Source: a virus (lineage: Duplodnaviria; Caudoviricetes). From it: 43,964 nucleotides of DNA. Of the stretch, positions 18,419 to 28,796 are shown piece by piece. Position 1 is the stretch's first letter. Every line of letters starts with the position of its first letter. The notes beneath the pieces were generated by a model, which was given only the letters and a program-made list of their open reading frames with translations, had not been told where the DNA came from and made no database searches. The stretch covers positions 1 through 43,964 of IMG/VR virus record IMGVR_UViG_3300029317_000031; one strand, 5' to 3'. The position numbers were made by a program, and so were the translations under genes.

Positions 18419-20239
18419 TTAATCGCTAAAGGACACGGTGGTTTTTGCCCGTGGGGCTATTTTTTCGTAATTAAAGGCGTGCATAATCGCCCACGCCACA
18501 TCGGCATGGCCAACGGTGTTGTTGCGGTTTGCCCCGTAGGTTATTTGCCCGCTGGGTGTGGTGGTTTGGGTAATCATCAAAAAGGCTTGGGTCACTTCTT
18601 TATCACCGGCTGAATATTCAAACAGGCCGTTTTCGATGATTTGCAGGGCTTTTAATACCAGCTCGGTTTTCATCGGGATTGAATACGTGATGGGGGTTGC
18701 GCGCCTAAAAAATGGCTCAACCAACTCAAATACGCCCAGGCCAATGCCGGTAACATCCACCCCAATGTGTTTAACGTTAAACTTTTCGGTGTTCTCTTTT
18801 ATGCGGTTAGCCTGGTACTGGAAATTAACGCCCTTGTAGCTGGCTTTTTCCAGTAATCGCCATTTGTCGGTGGCGTTTAGCGGTATGCCCACGGCGGCTA
18901 GGCTGGCATTATCGCGGGTTCGGGAGGGGTCATAACCTAATGCAACAGGGCGGTTGCCAAAGGGCCGTGCGGCGTCTTTGTGGTAATCCTTCCAGCTATC
19001 GGTGTCCACCATGCAGTTCATTAATTTGGCTAGGTTGAAGACGCTTTGCGCATCGTCTATCCATTTGCACATGAACTTATTATCGAAATCTGTTTTGGTG
19101 TTTTCGTCTTTTAATTCTTCAATATCGAATAAGTCACAGCCTTTTTCTTCCGCATCAACAACGGTTACTATTTGCCGCCATATTTTATCGGGGCCTAATT
19201 TGCCGTTTTTCAAATTTCGATGGGTGATATTAAAATCAACCTTTTTGTTTTCCGCTAATTTGGCATTGAAATTGTCACCGTTCCACATTAAATACGCAGG
19301 GTGAGACATGGCCGAGGGGACAGAAAACAAGGTGCGCCGCCATTTTTTGTGCGCCGCCATGCCGGATGCTTGTTTCCATAATTTATTAAAATCTGGCATC
19401 CAAAATATTTCATCACCATATAAATGGCCGTGGTAGGACTGTGCGGTGCGGCTGTTCGTGGATAAGAAACGAAGCTCGGCCCCGTTGGATAAGGTAATAA
19501 AGGTAGAACCTTTTAGCTCTACATTAAAATGTTCACTCGCAAACGCAATCATGTAGGCTTTAAACACATCGGCCTGATCACGTGATGATGATAAAAACAT
19601 TTGATTATCGCCGGTTAAAATAGCGTCTTCGAGTGCTTCATAAGCAAAATACCAAGTCGCCCCAATTTGCCGAGACTTTAAAATCATGCGGGTTCGGCGG
19701 GTGGCAGGGTCTTCTTTTCGGTCGTACCATTCTTGCTGATACGCAAAGAACATGCGCTCGCGAACGTCACGCAACATATCAGCTGTAATTTCGCTAATAT
19801 CATTTTTAGTCTGCTTCTTTTTGCGCTTTCTGGGTTTTCGTTGGTGAAACGCTTCGTTTTTTAATTCCTTTTCACTGGGCGCACCATCAAACAATTCTGG
19901 CGGTATATACCCGCCCTTATCCAATAACCGTGCGCTGGCTTGTAATTGTGCGGCCTTGGCGATGTTTATTTGCAAATCGCCAAAGGTGGCCACCAGCTGC
20001 TGCAGCTCGGCTAATTCCAGTGCGGTTTTTCCCTCACGTTCACTTAGCGCATTAATACGCCTGGCCACGGCTTGTTCTACCGTGTCGGGGGCGGCAAACA
20101 TTTCCCAGCCGTCTGATTCTTTCCAGTTATACAGCGACCGTTCATTAACGCCGGTCTCCTTCGCGATTTCGCGAATTGCCCAGCCTTTAATAAACAGCTT
20201 CTTACAACTTTCTTTCAGTTCCGGTGAATACTTTGCCAT
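18419..20239 (-). CDS. Terminase ATPase subunit (P2 gpP family)
   Basis: LKSRQIGATWYFA, YGDEIFW, GYDPS, HADVAWA. Confidence 0.95.
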   Translation of the reverse strand: MAKYSPELKESCKKLFIKGWAIREIAKETGVNERSLYNWKESDGWEMFAAPDTVEQAVARRINALSEREGKTALELAELQQLVATFGDLQINIAKAAQLQASARLLDKGGYIPPELFDGAPSEKELKNEAFHQRKPRKRKKKQTKNDISEITADMLRDVRERMFFAYQQEWYDRKEDPATRRTRMILKSRQIGATWYFAYEALEDAILTGDNQMFLSSSRDQADVFKAYMIAFASEHFNVELKGSTFITLSNGAELRFLSTNSRTAQSYHGHLYGDEIFWMPDFNKLWKQASGMAAHKKWRRTLFSVPSAMSHPAYLMWNGDNFNAKLAENKKVDFNITHRNLKNGKLGPDKIWRQIVTVVDAEEKGCDLFDIEELKDENTKTDFDNKFMCKWIDDAQSVFNLAKLMNCMVDTDSWKDYHKDAARPFGNRPVALGYDPSRTRDNASLAAVGIPLNATDKWRLLEKASYKGVNFQYQANRIKENTEKFNVKHIGVDVTGIGLGVFELVEPFFRRATPITYSIPMKTELVLKALQIIENGLFEYSAGDKEVTQAFLMITQTTTPSGQITYGANRNNTVGHADVAWAIMHAFNYEKIAPRAKTTVSFSD

Positions 20240-20422
20240 GCCGCTTATTGTCGTCCCAAAGTGATTTCACTCTATATTAAGCGTTTAGCACCTAAAAACG
20301 AGTGATACCGTTAAGCCCCGTACCTATGGGTTTTGTATAGGAATTAAGCGGAATAAAACACGTTGAAAAGGGTGTTAAAGCCCCCTATTATTCCCATCAA
20401 CACTAAAAAACGAGTGAAACGA

Positions 20423-21301
20423 ATGGGACAGTTAGCAACACATTGGAAACGCATTGGCCGCAGTGGCAAAACGATTGATGGGCGAACCATTGAACCGATT
20501 GCGCTGACTCAAGCCGCCGCGAACTACAAACCCGAACTGTATACCGCCCTGATTTGGCCAGAGCATTTTCGTTGGTACAACTTTGGCAAAATTGTTGAAC
20601 TAAAAAGCGACAGCAACGAAGAAGGCGGGGTGGATTTATTCGCCAAAATTGCGCCGAACCAATACTACCTCGATGCCATTAAATATGGCCAAAAGCTATT
20701 TACCAGCATGGAATTGCTGCCGAATTTTCGTGACACCGATCAATTTTACCTAACCGGTTGCGCCGCAACCGATAGCCCGGCATCGGCTGGCACCAGCGAG
20801 ATGCGGTTTAGCGCCTCCAAAAATAAAGACTTCGACAGCACCGCCGCGCTGTTATCTGAACACATTGAATTGACTAACCACACCATCGATAGCGAAGAAC
20901 AGGCCCCCAGCTGGTTCACCAAGCTATTTAAAAACAAAACCGAGGACGACATGGACAAACAATTAATCGAAAAACTACAAGGTGATCTAACGGCCTTAAC
21001 CGAACAATTCGCAGCCCTTAATAAAGGCGGCAAACCAGCAGGCGACAACATGCCTGATGAAGATAAAGAAACCGATCACTTTGCCACGCTTACCGAAAGC
21101 ATTAAAGCGTTAGACGAGCGCTTTAGCGCGTTTGAGAAAGACCACGGCAGTGAAGAAGAAGATGACACCACGCTGAAATTAACCGCCATGCAAACGGCAT
21201 TGGATGATTTAACCGGCAAATTTACCGAGGCGCTAAAAGAAACCGGCGGCACCCATGCAGGTGAAGAAACTGGCGGCGACGATTTGAACGCATACGTTTA
21301 A
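20423..21301 (+). CDS. Capsid scaffolding protein (gpO family)
   Basis: G.TIDGR.I, EH.R, TDSPAS.GT; divergent from gpP. Confidence 0.9.
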   Translation: MGQLATHWKRIGRSGKTIDGRTIEPIALTQAAANYKPELYTALIWPEHFRWYNFGKIVELKSDSNEEGGVDLFAKIAPNQYYLDAIKYGQKLFTSMELLPNFRDTDQFYLTGCAATDSPASAGTSEMRFSASKNKDFDSTAALLSEHIELTNHTIDSEEQAPSWFTKLFKNKTEDDMDKQLIEKLQGDLTALTEQFAALNKGGKPAGDNMPDEDKETDHFATLTESIKALDERFSAFEKDHGSEEEDDTTLKLTAMQTALDDLTGKFTEALKETGGTHAGEETGGDDLNAYV

Positions 21302-21316
21302 TTAATAGGACTCAAG

Positions 21317-22315
21317 ATGAATATTTCAGCACAAGCAAAACTAAAAACAGCCGATCTTTTTAAACTAACAGCACAAGCTTATGGCGGTAATGTTGGCGAA
21401 CAATACGCGGCAACCCCAAGTATTGCGCAAACCCTTAACGATAAAATTATTGAAGATGGCGTGCCATTTTTAGCCATGCTTAATACCATTGCGGTGAGTG
21501 AAATTACCGGCGAAAAAGTCTTTATGGGCTTATCCGGTGGTGTGTCAGGCCGAACAGATACATCGGGTTCTGGCGAGCGAGTGGCTAAATCGTTGGTGGA
21601 TTTAAACGCCGAAAATTACGTGCTCAAAAAGACCGATGCGGATGTGGCGCTTAAATACAGCGTGATTGATGCCTGGGCTAAGTTCCCCGATTTTCGTGAA
21701 CGCTATGGCCGCGCTATTCGCAAAGCCATTTCTAACGACCGCTTAAAAGTGGGTTTTGTGGGCACATCGGCTTTGGCCACAACGGTAGCGGCTGATTTAT
21801 CGGATGTGAATATTGGCTGGTTAGAGCAAATTAGAACCTATAACGCCGGTGCTCAATATGTATTGGGCGCAGCCGGTTCGGTGACGCTGGGTGGTGGAAC
21901 CTTCCCGAATTTAGACAGTTTAGTGTATGACGCGATTGGGCGAATTGAAGTGCCCTTTGATAAAGACCCAGATTTAGTGGTATTGGTTGGCCGTAACGTG
22001 ATGCAAGCCGCCAAAGGCGCGTATTACGATGCACAAGGCAACACGCCTACCGAAAAAGAGAAGATTCAAAACCGCCAAATCATCGAAACGTATGGCGGCT
22101 TACCGGCTTATCAACCGCCGTTCTTTGATGACAACTCTATTTTGGTCACCTCGCTGTCCAACCTATCCATTTATTGGCAGGACTCGTCTTGGAGACGTCA
22201 GCAGCTTGATAACCCTCAGAAAGATCAATACGAAGATTTCAACACCCGTAACGAAGGTTATGTGGTTGAACAGCTAGGCAAAACAAGCTTAGTGCAAGGG
22301 ATTGAGTACGCGTAA
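21317..22315 (+). CDS. Major capsid protein (P2 gpN family)
   Basis: DAWAKFPDF, D+N.GWL, NEGYVVE. Confidence 0.93.
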   Translation: MNISAQAKLKTADLFKLTAQAYGGNVGEQYAATPSIAQTLNDKIIEDGVPFLAMLNTIAVSEITGEKVFMGLSGGVSGRTDTSGSGERVAKSLVDLNAENYVLKKTDADVALKYSVIDAWAKFPDFRERYGRAIRKAISNDRLKVGFVGTSALATTVAADLSDVNIGWLEQIRTYNAGAQYVLGAAGSVTLGGGTFPNLDSLVYDAIGRIEVPFDKDPDLVVLVGRNVMQAAKGAYYDAQGNTPTEKEKIQNRQIIETYGGLPAYQPPFFDDNSILVTSLSNLSIYWQDSSWRRQQLDNPQKDQYEDFNTRNEGYVVEQLGKTSLVQGIEYA

Positions 22316-22324
22316 TTAACGACC

Positions 22325-22351
22325 CCCATGCTTACCGAGTGTAAGCATGGG
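22325..22351. other. 11-bp-stem hairpin after the capsid gene
   Basis: CCCATGCTTAC-cgagt-GTAAGCATGGG, no U-tract. Confidence 0.55.
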
Positions 22352-22368
22352 CTCACCAAGGGTAAGCC

Positions 22369-23208
22369 ATGCGACCAAATAAATTAAACGACATTAAAGC
22401 GAAACAGGCAGACGGCGAAGTGGCTGAACAAGCCCCAAGCAAGCCTAAAAAAGCCGCTAAAAAGACAGCTGCGCGCAAAACCAAACTGGATGCGATTAAA
22501 GCCAACCGTGGGGATGGCGAGGCCAGTAAACCGGCGGCGGGTATTTCTAAACTGCGCGACATTAAAACCGCCCAGCTAAAACAAGACCCCAGCGCCTACG
22601 ATGTTAAAGCAGACGTTGCCAGCGCACCGGTGCTGGGCAACCTGTTCGAACAATTACAAGCCGCGCTAATCATCGACATTGCACGCATTAAAACGCATAA
22701 AAAACTGGCCGATAAACAAGCGCTAAAAAGCTCGTTATTACCGAGTTATTTGCCCTTTGTTGAGCAGTATATTAGCGAAGGCCACGACTACCCCAACAAC
22801 GTGGCGGTGATGTGCATGGTCTGGGCGCTGGACATTGGCGACATTGAAACGGGAATGGATATTGCGGCGTATTTGATAGAAACCAAGCAGACTTTACCCG
22901 CTAATTTCAAGTGTGATATTCCAACGTTGTTATGCCGTTGCGTTTATGACTGGGCTAACGACCAGCTAAAAACCAAACAAAGCGCCCAGCCGTATTTAGA
23001 TCAGCTGCTTTCGTTGCTTGCAACGCACCGTTGGGAATTACCCGTAGCGGTTGAAAGCATGATGTATGTGATAGCGGCAAAACACGCCTTTGAACTCGGT
23101 GAGTTTGGACCATGTGTTAAGTGGTGTGTAGAAGCAGAAACCGCCAACCCCGACGGGGCCGGCGTTAAAACATTAAAAGCCAAGGCCGAAAAAGCACTGG
23201 CGCAATAA
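22369..23208 (+). CDS. Terminase small subunit (gpM family)
   Basis: K..LLP.Y, MVW.LD.GD, AGVKT; synteny. Confidence 0.85.
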   Translation: MRPNKLNDIKAKQADGEVAEQAPSKPKKAAKKTAARKTKLDAIKANRGDGEASKPAAGISKLRDIKTAQLKQDPSAYDVKADVASAPVLGNLFEQLQAALIIDIARIKTHKKLADKQALKSSLLPSYLPFVEQYISEGHDYPNNVAVMCMVWALDIGDIETGMDIAAYLIETKQTLPANFKCDIPTLLCRCVYDWANDQLKTKQSAQPYLDQLLSLLATHRWELPVAVESMMYVIAAKHAFELGEFGPCVKWCVEAETANPDGAGVKTLKAKAEKALAQ

Positions 23209-23402
23209 CTCCCCACACCTGAGCTTAGCAAACGTTTATTAAACGCGGTTTCAACCAACGTTTTAATAATCGCTTTGCTCAGGTTTTTAGCCGAGTCCGA
23301 ATCGGTTTTTGATTCGGCAAACGAGGATTATCCCCGAAGGGGGTTAGTTCAACGACTGATCCCTACTGAACGCAGGGTTTATTAACCAGAGGCAACGCAA
23401 AC

Positions 23403-23903
23403 ATGAGCTTAACCGGAAAACCACCATTAGCCACCGCAGCCCCAATCGAAAACGATGGTTTTTGGTTGGATGTCAGCACGGCTGATTTAATGAGTAAATA
23501 CCGCATTCCGGCCGAGTACGTCGGTGACGTGATTACCTGGGGTTTAACGCTTGCGGTAGTGCGCGTTAATGCCGCGCTGGTGATGGTTAAAAGCGAAATA
23601 ATCACCCGTGGTTTTGCCAGCCTTGAGGCCTATTTAGCGGTAAACAGCGAACAAGTAGGCGGTTTTGAAATAATCCAAACCCATTATGAGCATGCTATTT
23701 ATGCGCGTGCAAAAGCTGGTTTATTGCAGCAATTTAACACCATGAACCGCCGCGAGAATGCCGAAAACCAAGCCAAAGAAAGTGAGCAAACCGAACATTA
23801 TTGGTTAGAAGAAAGCGCGCAAAGCATAGCCGCGTTGCAGGGGGCGTTTTTCCCCGATGATGTGTTTATCGCTAACCACAGCGTACATGTGGCGCTTATC
23901 TAA
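23403..23903 (+). CDS. Head completion/stabilization protein (gpL family)
   Basis: NDGFW, Y..A+YA.AKA; synteny. Confidence 0.85.
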   Translation: MSLTGKPPLATAAPIENDGFWLDVSTADLMSKYRIPAEYVGDVITWGLTLAVVRVNAALVMVKSEIITRGFASLEAYLAVNSEQVGGFEIIQTHYEHAIYARAKAGLLQQFNTMNRRENAENQAKESEQTEHYWLEESAQSIAALQGAFFPDDVFIANHSVHVALI

Positions 23904-24346
23904 TGCATAAGCTGGCCGCCATTACCGCGTTTTTAGTTCAGCAGAATTTAGTAGCCGCTGAGCAAATTGACAGCTGGGTGGAAAATGTAGAACTTTTCCC
24001 CGCAGGTGATGAGCGCGGCAATGGTGTATTAATGTTTCGGCAAGAATACACGATTGGGATTGAGATAGAGCGTTACCCATACAAAACGCATCCCGCCGAA
24101 TTATTGTTTGCATTGCTTAGTTGTTGGTTAATGGATAACGACAGCGAGCGCGACGAGATAGCCGTGCCTAAAGTTGATGTTGAAGTTTTAGATGACAGCA
24201 TAGCTGACCTTGAAATAACCATTGAATTTACAGAAGACATTACAGCGGTGGAAGACCCAGCCGGGCCAATCCTTTTTAACGGCAAGCAATACCGCTTAGA
24301 TGTGGATTTGATTGATTATGCCGAAGAGGGCGAGGTGCGCACGTGA
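23903..24346 (+). CDS. Tail completion protein (gpR-like)
   Basis: Acidic 147 aa, I.F.E.I...ED..G pattern; synteny. Confidence 0.75.
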   Translation: MHKLAAITAFLVQQNLVAAEQIDSWVENVELFPAGDERGNGVLMFRQEYTIGIEIERYPYKTHPAELLFALLSCWLMDNDSERDEIAVPKVDVEVLDDSIADLEITIEFTEDITAVEDPAGPILFNGKQYRLDVDLIDYAEEGEVRT

Positions 24347-25023
24347 AGTCCATCACCTTAAATATTGAAGGCCAATTACCGCTAAAACGGCAAATGCAAT
24401 TACTCGCTATGCCAAAAGCTTTGCGCCGCCGCTTGTTGAACAAAGTGGCTAAAAAGGTGATTAGCCACAGCAAAAAACGGGTGCGCAGCCAAACCGATTT
24501 AAAAGGCCAAGCCTTTGCCAAACACAGCAAGGGCCGTAAGCGCAAAATGCTAGCGCGATTAAGCCGCCAGCTAAAAGTAACCCAGCTAACCGGCGCAGCA
24601 GCAACCATTGGTTTTAACAACAAAGTGCTGGGAAAAATAGCCGCGGATCATCAATTTGGCAGCAGCCAAACGATGAACAAAGACAGTTTTAAAAGCAGCG
24701 ATACCGCCGCCAAGAATTACCACAAGCCCGCTACCCGCAAACAAGCCCGCGCACTGCGCCAGGCTAATTACAGAGTGGGCAAGAAGAAGGGCCGTAAGGG
24801 CAAAAAACCCAGCTTAAAGTGGGTTACCAGCCACTTAACCATTGGCCAAGCGGGGGTGATTATAAAAACCCTTCGACTAGAGGCGGGTGAGCGGCTAAAA
24901 AACCGTTGGACAACCAAACTACCCGCCCGTTCTTTTTTGGGCGCAACGGCAGGCGAGGTAAGTCAGCATGTTGAATCAATCTTTAAACAAATGAAACAGG
25001 AGGTGGCTTATGTCGCTAGGTAA
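24343..25023 (+). CDS. Virion morphogenesis protein (gpS-like)
   Basis: Basic protein with HQFG, ATRKQA..L, LPARSFLG. Confidence 0.8.
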   Translation: MKSITLNIEGQLPLKRQMQLLAMPKALRRRLLNKVAKKVISHSKKRVRSQTDLKGQAFAKHSKGRKRKMLARLSRQLKVTQLTGAAATIGFNNKVLGKIAADHQFGSSQTMNKDSFKSSDTAAKNYHKPATRKQARALRQANYRVGKKKGRKGKKPSLKWVTSHLTIGQAGVIIKTLRLEAGERLKNRWTTKLPARSFLGATAGEVSQHVESIFKQMKQEVAYVAR

Positions 25024-26140
25024 CGTAACAGTCAATGCACTTAATTTAAACCAGGGGCCATTCCCCACGGTTGAAAAATACTTTTTATTTATTGGCGAAG
25101 GCGCAACCAATCAAAATACGCTGTTGTACTTAAACACCGACAGCGATTTAGACATTGAATTGGGCGCTGCCGACAGCGAACTTAAACGCCAAATTGTGGC
25201 CGCCAAAGCCAACGCGGGCGAGAACTGGGCCTGTGCGGCGATGGCCGTGGCCGATGGATCACTTTGGGATGCGCCGGTTGATGTAGCCATGAACGAGAAC
25301 TTAAAAGTGGAGGCCATTGTGGTCACCACACCGGTCACCGCTCAAGCCGAGCTCACCGCGATGCAAGCAAAGGCGCTAGACCTTAACGCCACCTATGGCC
25401 GCCGGGTTTCATTTATTGCGACAGCGGTAGCGATTGATGGCACGCCAACAACAGGCCAAAGTTGGTCTGAATACATTGCAGCGGTTAACAACCTAACCGA
25501 CAGTTTAGTCGCAAACAGGGTGCATATTGCGCCGTACATTTACAACGATGCGGTGGGTATTTATGCGGGCCGTTTATGCAACAGCCAAACCAGTGTGGCC
25601 GATACGCCGATGCGCGTCGCCACCGGCACAATTGTAGGGCAAGACCAAAGCACCCTGCCAACCGATAAAGACGGCATTATTTATTCCAACGCCCACGCAA
25701 AAGCACTGAACGACCAACGTTTCAGCGTACCGGCTTTTTATGCGGATTATGAAGGGGTTTATTGGTCCGATGGGCAAATGTTAGACGTGGCCACCGGTGA
25801 TTTCAGCGTAATAGAAAACTTGCGCGTGGTGGATAAAGCCGCCCGTGCGGTGCGCTTAGTATTGATTGGATTGGTAGGCGATAGACGCTTTAACTCACTG
25901 CCAGTCGGCGAGGCATGGGCGATAAGCAAACTGATGCGCCCCTTGCAGGAAATGAGCCGATCACAGGTGTTTCAGGGCATGCCCTTCCCCGCGGAACTTA
26001 AAGCCCCGCTCGATGGGGATATTGCGATTAGCTGGATCACCCGCACCGAGGTGGAAATATTTTTAATCGCTCGACCGTTTGAAATACCCAAAGCGATTAC
26101 CGCCAACATTGTGCTGGATTTATCCGCACCCGACGCTTAA
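25010..26140 (+). CDS. Tail sheath protein (HP1-type, DUF2586-like)
   Basis: V.VN.LN..QG, ADTPMRVATG, IENLRVVDKAAR. Confidence 0.87.
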   Translation: MSLGNVTVNALNLNQGPFPTVEKYFLFIGEGATNQNTLLYLNTDSDLDIELGAADSELKRQIVAAKANAGENWACAAMAVADGSLWDAPVDVAMNENLKVEAIVVTTPVTAQAELTAMQAKALDLNATYGRRVSFIATAVAIDGTPTTGQSWSEYIAAVNNLTDSLVANRVHIAPYIYNDAVGIYAGRLCNSQTSVADTPMRVATGTIVGQDQSTLPTDKDGIIYSNAHAKALNDQRFSVPAFYADYEGVYWSDGQMLDVATGDFSVIENLRVVDKAARAVRLVLIGLVGDRRFNSLPVGEAWAISKLMRPLQEMSRSQVFQGMPFPAELKAPLDGDIAISWITRTEVEIFLIARPFEIPKAITANIVLDLSAPDA

Positions 26141-26155
26141 CAACAGGATAACAAC

Positions 26156-26599
26156 ATGAGAATTTCAGGAAAAAGCTTTGATGTGATGGTGGGCGATTTA
26201 TTAATCAACGCCGAATCACTCAGTGCCAGTATTAGCGATAACCGCAAGGCGATTACCGAAGGCGGCGTGCCGAATGGTTATGTCGATGGCGATGTATCAT
26301 GCAGCGGCGAAATAGAAGTGGATGCTAAAAACTTTAACCTATTTATTGAAGCGGCCAAAAGCTCAGGCAGTTGGCGCGAGCTGGAACCGTTTGACATTAT
26401 TTGTGTCGCTAAAACCAGCGCTGAGGAACAAAAGCACGAGCTGTTTGGCTGCCTTATTAATGTGTCGGATTTAATCAGCATCGACCAAGCCGGCGGCGAG
26501 AAAACCAAGCACAAACTGCCGTTTGAAGTGACCAGCCCTGATTTTGTGCGCATTAACGGCGTGCCGTATTTAAGCGCGGCTGATACCCGCAACCTATAA
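26156..26599 (+). CDS. Tail tube protein (HP1-type, DUF2597-like)
   Basis: MRISGKSFD...VTSPDFVRINGVPYL. Confidence 0.87.
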   Translation: MRISGKSFDVMVGDLLINAESLSASISDNRKAITEGGVPNGYVDGDVSCSGEIEVDAKNFNLFIEAAKSSGSWRELEPFDIICVAKTSAEEQKHELFGCLINVSDLISIDQAGGEKTKHKLPFEVTSPDFVRINGVPYLSAADTRNL

Positions 26600-26601
26600 C
26601 C

Positions 26602-26856
26602 ATGAGCAGCATAATTGGCAAACATGGCGTCGTGGCGGTGATCGGGGTGGATAAGATTGTGGCCATCACAGGCCCAGGCTTTGTGCTAGATACCAGCAAC
26701 GCGCTGGTAATACGCCCACCGGTAGATGCGAACTACACAATAAACGGCACAGGCGAAACAGGCGTTATGCCGGCCATGCAAGCGTTTGGGATTTCAAAAG
26801 GGGTGAATAGCATCACCTTTGATACCGCGATGAACATAGAAGTGATGAGCCGCTAA
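26602..26856 (+). CDS. Hypothetical beta-rich protein
   Basis: 84 aa, coupled to neighbours. Confidence 0.6.
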   Translation: MSSIIGKHGVVAVIGVDKIVAITGPGFVLDTSNALVIRPPVDANYTINGTGETGVMPAMQAFGISKGVNSITFDTAMNIEVMSR

Positions 26857-28241
26857 TGAATTTTGGCCTGCAAATGATGATGGCGAAGCGAACACCGCTG
26901 CAGGCGGCGATGGCGCGGTATTTTACCGACCTAGACCCAATATTCTCGCCGCATTACGCGATACCTGCTGCCACGTTAGCTGGGGATTATAAAGTAGAGA
27001 AGAATTTCTATTTTACGGGTGCTCTTAGCGCGATGTTTGGGGATTCAGGGACGTTTAATAGCAGGGTTAGGATATTAGCTAACGGTGGGGTCGATTGGCG
27101 ACCAGAGGACTCTTCATCTGTTGTAACTACGGCTTCCGGGGTAGTCCCTTTGAACACTATGTCAACAATTGTTGTTGAGCGTGTAGGTTCTAACGGCACG
27201 ATCACTGTAAATGGATTGGAAGTGTTTTCTGGTCCAATCGCAACAGGTCAGTGCAATATCAACCAATTAGCGGCAACAAACACAGCTGGCACTTATTGTG
27301 ACGGCATCATCTCAAACGTCAAAATAACAGACGCAGGAACATTAGTAAGACATTACAAAATAGATGAAAATTTTGCTCTAACAGATGTGTTAGCCAATAG
27401 CGCAACCACGTTGGGGAGTGAGTTGGTTGTTAATGGCGAGCTTGGCAGCGGTACAGAAGATTGGGTTGCTGTGAACGGTGCAGTGTTATCGGCGGTAAAC
27501 GGTAGGTTGAGGATTACGGCTGGTAATAGTGCCAGTTACCCAAGAGCAGATCAAAATATTACGGTTGAAGTGGGTAAGCAATACTGGGTTAAGTGCAGCC
27601 TTTATGATGGATCGGCAACAGCGAGAGCCGATGTTGATACTCCTACTGATGGGAATAATAATCTAGCTGATGGTTGGGAACTGATAACAGCAATTACGTC
27701 TACTCTTACTTTACAGCTATTCTCTCTCTCGACTACAGAGGGAAGTTACGCGGAATTTAATAGCATCTCAATCCGAGAAGCCCCCGGCTACGGCAAAGCC
27801 GTCAACATCGCCGAATCAGAGAAATACACGCTGGTAGATGATGGGGTTAATTGGTTAGGCGAGGAGTTGGTAACATCTTTATCGACAGACGCAGGTAGTT
27901 CAATCGCGGATGGTGTAGTTACGCTAGTTCAAGATGTTGGCAATGATTATGTTCAGATTGGCAGCGTGGTGAATCACGTTGAGGCGTATATATTTGTTAG
28001 TTATACAATAACTGAGGAAAGCCTAAGCCTGTCTGACAAGCTGAGTTTTTATCAAGGTAGTGTGGCTTGCGTTATAGAAGGCGCAGGAGAGTTTCTATCA
28101 ACAGCCGTAGGCTCTCACTCTTACTCTCTTCAAACTTTCGCTACAGGGGCTTTAAGGCTGAAACTGAGAGATGTAAATGCGGGGGATTACGTGAAGATTG
28201 CAGACATATCAGCTAGGCCGATCATCAATATAGCCTCATGA
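26856..28241 (+). CDS. Putative virion appendage protein with LamG-like and carbohydrate-binding-like domains
   Basis: Beta-rich; G.ISNVKI motif; repeated LG(S/E)ELV domain starts. Confidence 0.55.
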   Translation: MNFGLQMMMAKRTPLQAAMARYFTDLDPIFSPHYAIPAATLAGDYKVEKNFYFTGALSAMFGDSGTFNSRVRILANGGVDWRPEDSSSVVTTASGVVPLNTMSTIVVERVGSNGTITVNGLEVFSGPIATGQCNINQLAATNTAGTYCDGIISNVKITDAGTLVRHYKIDENFALTDVLANSATTLGSELVVNGELGSGTEDWVAVNGAVLSAVNGRLRITAGNSASYPRADQNITVEVGKQYWVKCSLYDGSATARADVDTPTDGNNNLADGWELITAITSTLTLQLFSLSTTEGSYAEFNSISIREAPGYGKAVNIAESEKYTLVDDGVNWLGEELVTSLSTDAGSSIADGVVTLVQDVGNDYVQIGSVVNHVEAYIFVSYTITEESLSLSDKLSFYQGSVACVIEGAGEFLSTAVGSHSYSLQTFATGALRLKLRDVNAGDYVKIADISARPIINIAS

Positions 28242-28302
28242 ACCTACTCCAATCCACAGCAATCCTAATCACCATTGAAGCAATCATACTAGGGCTAATA
28301 CT

Positions 28303-28782
28303 ATGCTAGGAAATAACAATAAAGAACTCTGCTCAATCTACGATGCAGAGCAAGGGATAATCGAAGATTCAGAGTGCTATCAATTACTGCAACGTTTCCC
28401 CAAAGGCGGCATGCCAGATCAAGCTAATTACATCTTTGCAGGTAGTTTAGCTGAGCCATTGAATCCATTCTTAATAAGCGATCTAGTGGACGCTGAAGGT
28501 GTAAAACTAGAAGGTGATGCGTTTGTCTTAGCGGTTGGTAAAGAGTTAGCTACGGACGGTAGAGAGCATGGGATATTAGGTGATAAGAACGATATTATTA
28601 GCTTGTCACATCATCCTGTATGGAAACTCTGGCAAAAACAGTACGCTGATGATAACAGAGCAGCATTTGAAGCTGATTATCTAGCAGTGAGGGAGAGATT
28701 CTCAGCATTGCCAGCTTATTCAGAAACAATTACATTCCAGCAGGCAGCCGATTGGCTACTTGCGGGTATTAAATCCATTTAA
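28303..28782 (+). CDS. Hypothetical protein
   Basis: 159 aa acidic ORF. Confidence 0.6.
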   Translation: MLGNNNKELCSIYDAEQGIIEDSECYQLLQRFPKGGMPDQANYIFAGSLAEPLNPFLISDLVDAEGVKLEGDAFVLAVGKELATDGREHGILGDKNDIISLSHHPVWKLWQKQYADDNRAAFEADYLAVRERFSALPAYSETITFQQAADWLLAGIKSI

Positions 28783-28796
28783 CACAGGTTTTTATT

